Assembly: GCA_951406725.2 (NCBI GenBank)
Contig: OX597840.1
Span: 26,598,001 to 26,662,000, forward strand
DNA length: 64,000 bases
Direction of reading: 5' to 3'
Source: Octopus vulgaris
Taxonomy: Eukaryota
Below the pieces are notes generated by a model, which worked only from the letters and a program-made list of their open reading frames with translations, searched no databases and was not told the origin of the DNA. The translations under genes were made by a program, and so were the position numbers. This document shows, piece by piece, positions 58,628 through 64,000 of this stretch; position 1 is the first letter of the stretch, and each line of letters opens with the position of its first letter.

Positions 58628-59829
58628 TTGTGTGTCTGTGTTTGTCCCCCTAGCATTGCTTGACAACCGATGCTGGTGTGTTTAGGTCACCGTCACTTAG
58701 CGGTTCGGCAAAAGAGACCGATAGAATAAGTACTGGGCTTACAAAGAATAAGTCCCGGGGTCGATTTGCTCGACTAAAGGCGGTGCTCCAGCATGGCCGC
58801 AGTCAAATGACTGAAACAAGTAAAAGAGTAAAGAGTATATACATATATACATATATATACATATGTATACATATGTGCGTATCTGTGTGTGCGTGTTATA
58901 TTAAAGTAATTGTCTTTTGGATTTCTAAACTTATAATCAAACATTTTCCGTATTTTCTCATTAGTCATTGAAATATAATTTACCCTTCGAATATACCCCA
59001 AATACCCCTATATTTGTAACAAGACCTTCCTTGGCACTAGCTTCTACATAAGTCCTTATCAGAAGAACGTCATCCATTGACGCGTTTTTGTTGAGGGTAG
59101 CAAGGATCATAGGAATAATGCCGTCACTGATAAAATAACATCGTAAAAATTTTATGATTAAAATCTGTAACAAACCTTAATTCAACGCATGCTTGTAATG
59201 TGTGTTAAAGAACAGGTTTATTGTCTGGAGAGAGAAAATAGTTATGGGTGTATGTATTTAGCTCAGTAGACCTCATCAGGCGACAATAATCCGCTCTTAT
59301 CTCCAGTACAAGAGCCAAAAACTTGCAGAAAACGGGCTGGTACACAATTTGGCACACACACATACACATATGAATACATACATACACACATATGAATACA
59401 TACATACATACATACATACATACATACATACATACATACATACACACATACACACAATACATACATACATACATACATACATACATACATACATACACAC
59501 ATACATACATACATACATACATACATACACACATACATACATACATACATGCATACATACATACACACACACAGACATACATACACACATACATACATAC
59601 ATACATACATACATACATACATACATACATACATACATACATACATACATACATACATACATACATACATACATACATACATACATACATACATACATAC
59701 ATACATACATACATACACATATATGCGAAGGTTGGTTGTGTATGTGAAAAGTAGCTTGCTTCCCAACAACATGGACCCTAGTTCTGTCCCAGTGGGAGGG
59801 GTTCTTCTATAATAGCCACGAGTTGACGA

Positions 59830-60595
59830 CGACCAAAGATTGGTCCAGGCCTTGTCTAACTTAATCGCACCACCTGATAGGATTATCTAAATCCTTTAAG
59901 TCAAGTTTTGTAGTATCATGGTCGATTCGGGTAGGGAGTTCTTGTTGTGTGAGTTGTATCCAGGTATAGGTTCCTTATTTGGTGCTCCTTGAAGAAATTT
60001 GTCCAGGTTCCGTTTAAAGGTGATGGGATCCTTTTCCTCTTTGATCTGTAAAGAGACAATGTTAAACAGGGCAGGGCCTGTTGAAAAGAAGAAATTGTGT
60101 TGCAGTGTATTTATGTGTTGTGATCCGGAATTGGGTAGGGGACGTATGGCCCGTGGTCCTAGCCTTGGATGAACCTTGAAACTAATGCTGAGGTCGTTGG
60201 GGCAATGCTGGCGGTATATTCTCCACATTGTGCAAATGAGGTATTGCTCGCGGTGGAGCTGGAGAGAGTAGAATTTCAAGGCTTTAAGCCGGTCCCAGTA
60301 ATCGAGATCAGTCATGCCCTTAATTCTTTTAGTGAATGTTCTCTGGGGTGATTCAGGTTTCGAGATTTTTTGTTTTGTATTCAGAGACCATATGGTGCAG
60401 CAGTATTCGAGGTGTGGCCGTACAAAGGAGAAAAGTGGAATGATGACATCGTATTCTCTGAACCGGAAGGTTCTTAGGATCCAGGAGCTCATCCTACGAG
60501 CTATATCAACCTTATTGTTGATGTGGACACTCCAACTTAGATTGTTATCAACAATTACTCATAGGTCTCTGATATTATTAGATGCCATGAGAGGT
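59830..60595 (-). mobile_element. 5'-truncated CR1/L2-group LINE (RT C-terminus plus 3'UTR)
   Basis: ORF 59896-60492: WILRTF...VRPHLEYCCTIWS...QRTFTKRIKGMTDLDYWDRLKALKFYSLQ...FKRNLDKFL, typical post-RT CR1-group motifs. Confidence 0.9.
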
Positions 60596-60872
60596 TTCCC
60601 TACTTACATACATCTATATATACATACATACATTCTTACATAATATATATACATACACTTACATGTATGTATGTATGTATGTATGTATGTATGTATGTAT
60701 GTACGTATGTATGTATGCATGTGTATATATATATATATATATATTGTACGTTTGGTTTGTATGTGTATATACTGTAAGTCTGTTTTGTGTATATGTTACA
60801 TTTAAGTATATATTCGTTGCAGAATACGTAAAGGCGTCACGACATATATCCTTACATATACAAACATATATA

Positions 60873-60910
<38 letters not shown>

Positions 60911-61259
60911 TGCATGTATATGTGTGAGTGTGTGTTAACGTACGTAGAGCAGTTGACATGACAAAGTCCTCGAAATGGCTTCGACAACAATGCAATATAG
61001 CATTATACAAGCCACTGTTATTTTAATATTTTATTCCACATATTTTCCATCAGAGAAAAACTTGTATAAATCGTCTGTTCAGACTACTACGGTTTCCCCT
61101 CTAATTTAACTTGACCTACACCGGAAGCTGCCTGCCATCTTGCCATTGTTCACTTCCGCTTTCTTCTCAGCCGCAGCTTTTAATATGTCTACGTTTGTAT
61201 ATATGCATTTCATATATATATATATATGTTCATTATATGTATGTGCATGTATATATATG

Positions 61260-61323
<64 letters not shown>

Positions 61324-62771
61324 GGCTATTTTATTGTATAATTTCATACGCTTTTACGTTTTTTTTTTCTCTGTATTCAGAGTGTTTTTCTTTTATTTCA
61401 TATATTATAATCATTTGCCACCATCATCCCCTCTGGTACTAACAATCTCTCAATTGTATGTTTGTGTGTGTGTGTGCTTATCATCTTAAATTCTGGTTAT
61501 CATCTTAAAGCTTGTTTTAAGAACGTGGGGGTGACTTAGTATCGAGAGTAGAGTCAGATTCATTACAAGCTCCGTGTGGAAACTTCAACTTTCCACTCCT
61601 GGCCATGAATGTTTTCAGACACCATGTATCGATCTGCGGATTAGTCTATCGGTTCCCATACCAGCGCCCTTCTATATGCGGGTATACACATATATACAGA
61701 TTTATTCATATATGTTTGTATATGTATATGTTATGTGTGTGTTAATAAAGATGTAGCGTCTACTGTATAAATGAAAATGTTATGAAACAGCTGTAAGCAT
61801 ATGGAATAAACCTCTACTCTCTCACCTCACTTCTTTTATCTTTTCCAAATACATGTGTGTGTATAGACTTTCAAATGTGTGCATGTGTGCACAAATAGAC
61901 AGTGAGATAGTGAAAGAGAAGGTGCAAGAGAGCAGTAAGGTGACTGGAGGATCATTTGGCTACGATTTCTAGCAGGTTCGGCTACCTCATAGAAGACGTC
62001 TTTGTTTCCTCATACAAAAGTAGACTTATGCATGAAACATTAGTTCTAGAGAGATACGACTGCTATTTCTACGAGGTCTACCCACCACAAATTGGCCTCC
62101 TGCATTGACTCATACATATAGTAGTTTATAGCGGGCAATTTATGGGATTTGGCTATAGTTTCTAGCACTTCAAGACATCGAAATACTTTACTTCTTTTTA
62201 AAAGGCTGCCATAAGAGAAAGTGACAATTTAAAAAAAAATCTGTCGCCATTGCACACTCTGCCTTTTCTTTCTCTATCTATTCTTTCCATGAATGTCTCT
62301 CACTGTTTTAACAGTTCCTTCATCTCTCTTTCTCTCAACCTATCTATCTATATTTAATTCTCTCTCTATTCCAGAGAGAGGCAGAGAGAAAGACAAAGAA
62401 AGATTAAAGAGAGAGACAGGAAGGAAGAGAAGAAAAGAGTTTGACGTAACACAAACGTATTTTCGAATCTTTCTTTGACTCGACACTAACACTTTATTCC
62501 AACTTTAAAACGTATATTTTGCCAGTAGAACTCCATTTCAACCGTCTGCCTTTCTCCGTTTCCTTTCTTCCTAAACAGTACGGAATATATATTTGGGCAA
62601 ATATAATTGTTACTTTTCAAAATATATTTCGTTCAAGCGTTTCGATTTGTCCATTCTGAATATAAGAGAGACACATAACAGAGACAGATCGATATTTAAA
62701 ATCTTACCGGCTTAAAATTTTATCAAATGAAAATGAATAGAATATTATGATGTGATCTTTTACGACTACAT

Positions 62772-62834
<63 letters not shown>

Positions 62835-62985
62835 ATATATATGTATATGTATATATATGTGTATATATGTATATATATGTGTATGTATATATATATAGAT
62901 ATATATGTGTATGTATATATGTATATATATAATCCCTAACCAAGAATTTTTGATGTAATACATGTCCTTAAAGAAGTAGTTGTGC

Positions 62986-63063
62986 GCGGCTGAAGAAGGC
63001 CACAGACGCACATTATGCATTGTTATAAATCCGTCTAATAAAGGCCCGAAACATATGTACCGC
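62986..63063 (+). ncRNA. Type I hammerhead motif with long stem II in TA-flanked element ~62931-63170
   Basis: gcgg-CUGAAGA-a-ggcc..agacg..cgucu..ggcc-c-GAA-ACAUAUGU-A-ccgc: 4-bp GC stem I, palindromic stem III, predicted GUA cleavage 3' of 63059. Confidence 0.8.
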
Positions 63064-63216
63064 TGAATCCTTGGCATCATGTTTTTATTTTGATTAATTT
63101 ACTCCACCACCTACACCACCAAACGGTATATACAGGTGCTTACAATTATCAAGTACTCACCCCGAATTTCTATATGTGTATATATATATATGTATATATA
63201 TATATGTATAAATATA

Positions 63217-63323
<107 letters not shown>

Positions 63324-63332
63324 ATAAATATA

Positions 63333-63462
<130 letters not shown>

Positions 63463-64000
63463 CAAATATAAAAGGGTAAAGACCACACTTCGGTCATTGG
63501 GATGCACCTGGGAAGTTCTTCTCCGTGCACAAGTCTGGGAATGGTTGTTTATGGAAGACCAGCAGTCGCCGATGCATACCAGCCTCCCTTCTTCATGACA
63601 CCGATGTTATCCAAGGGAAAGGCAAAGGGGCCGACAGATCTTGGCACCAGCGAACTGGAGCAACATGGAAATAAAATGTCTTGCCCAAGAACGCAACACA
63701 AAGCTCTGTCCGAGAATCGAACCCACCACCTCATGATTGTGAGCCCGCACAATTTTTCCTCATTTTTTTTTCTCAGTTTTATGTTAGATATTAAGTTAAT
63801 TAAAACTAAAAAACCCTCAGAGAGGCATGAACGTTACTGATTCACCCCCATCTCCCTTGCACGCGCGTCACTAAAAAAAAAATCTCAGTTTTCCTGATTT
63901 TTCCCAGGAATAATTACATTAATACTTTCATGTAATTATCAGTGGAATAGCATTGTAATTATAATCAAGCTAATTAGTAATTACTGCTGGGCTGATCCTC

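Noticed and set aside
59245-59290. Minus-strand CUGAUGA-ggucuacugagc-UAAA
   Set aside because: GAAA box broken and no stem I or III support; at most a decayed relic.
61950-62170. ~95-bp periodic TTTGGCT..TATTTCTAGCA motif (also 56860-57240)
   Set aside because: Old degenerate tandem or dispersed repeat; no structure or coding signal I can support.

Overview
Eukaryotic (animal) genomic DNA, very probably an octopus or other coleoid cephalopod, judged from the extreme microsatellite load and the recurrent tRNA-derived SINE families (inference). The only host coding sequence I can support is the first coding exon of a RUNX (Runt-domain) gene on the + strand (14293-14665). It ends at the conserved phase-1 donor in GRSGRG|K; I could not find the next exon, so the remaining ~49 kb looks like one large intron. 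Nearly all other listed ORFs are microsatellite or SINE artefacts. The rest is SINEs, decayed LINEs (R4/Dong-type, Tx1-like, CR1/L2-like), two Helitrons and hAT/Tigger-like MITEs. The most interesting unannotated layer is at least 10 hammerhead-ribozyme motifs (CUGANGA...GAAA...UH) carried by short Penelope-like, (TA)n-associated elements of several families. They show stem covariation and mostly palindromic stem III (dimer-type), and five lie in sense orientation inside the RUNX intron. There are also fold-back inverted repeats centred on ribozyme halves, pre-miRNA-sized hairpins and a ~320-bp-arm inverted repeat. All structures were read by eye and coordinates of repeat edges are approximate.
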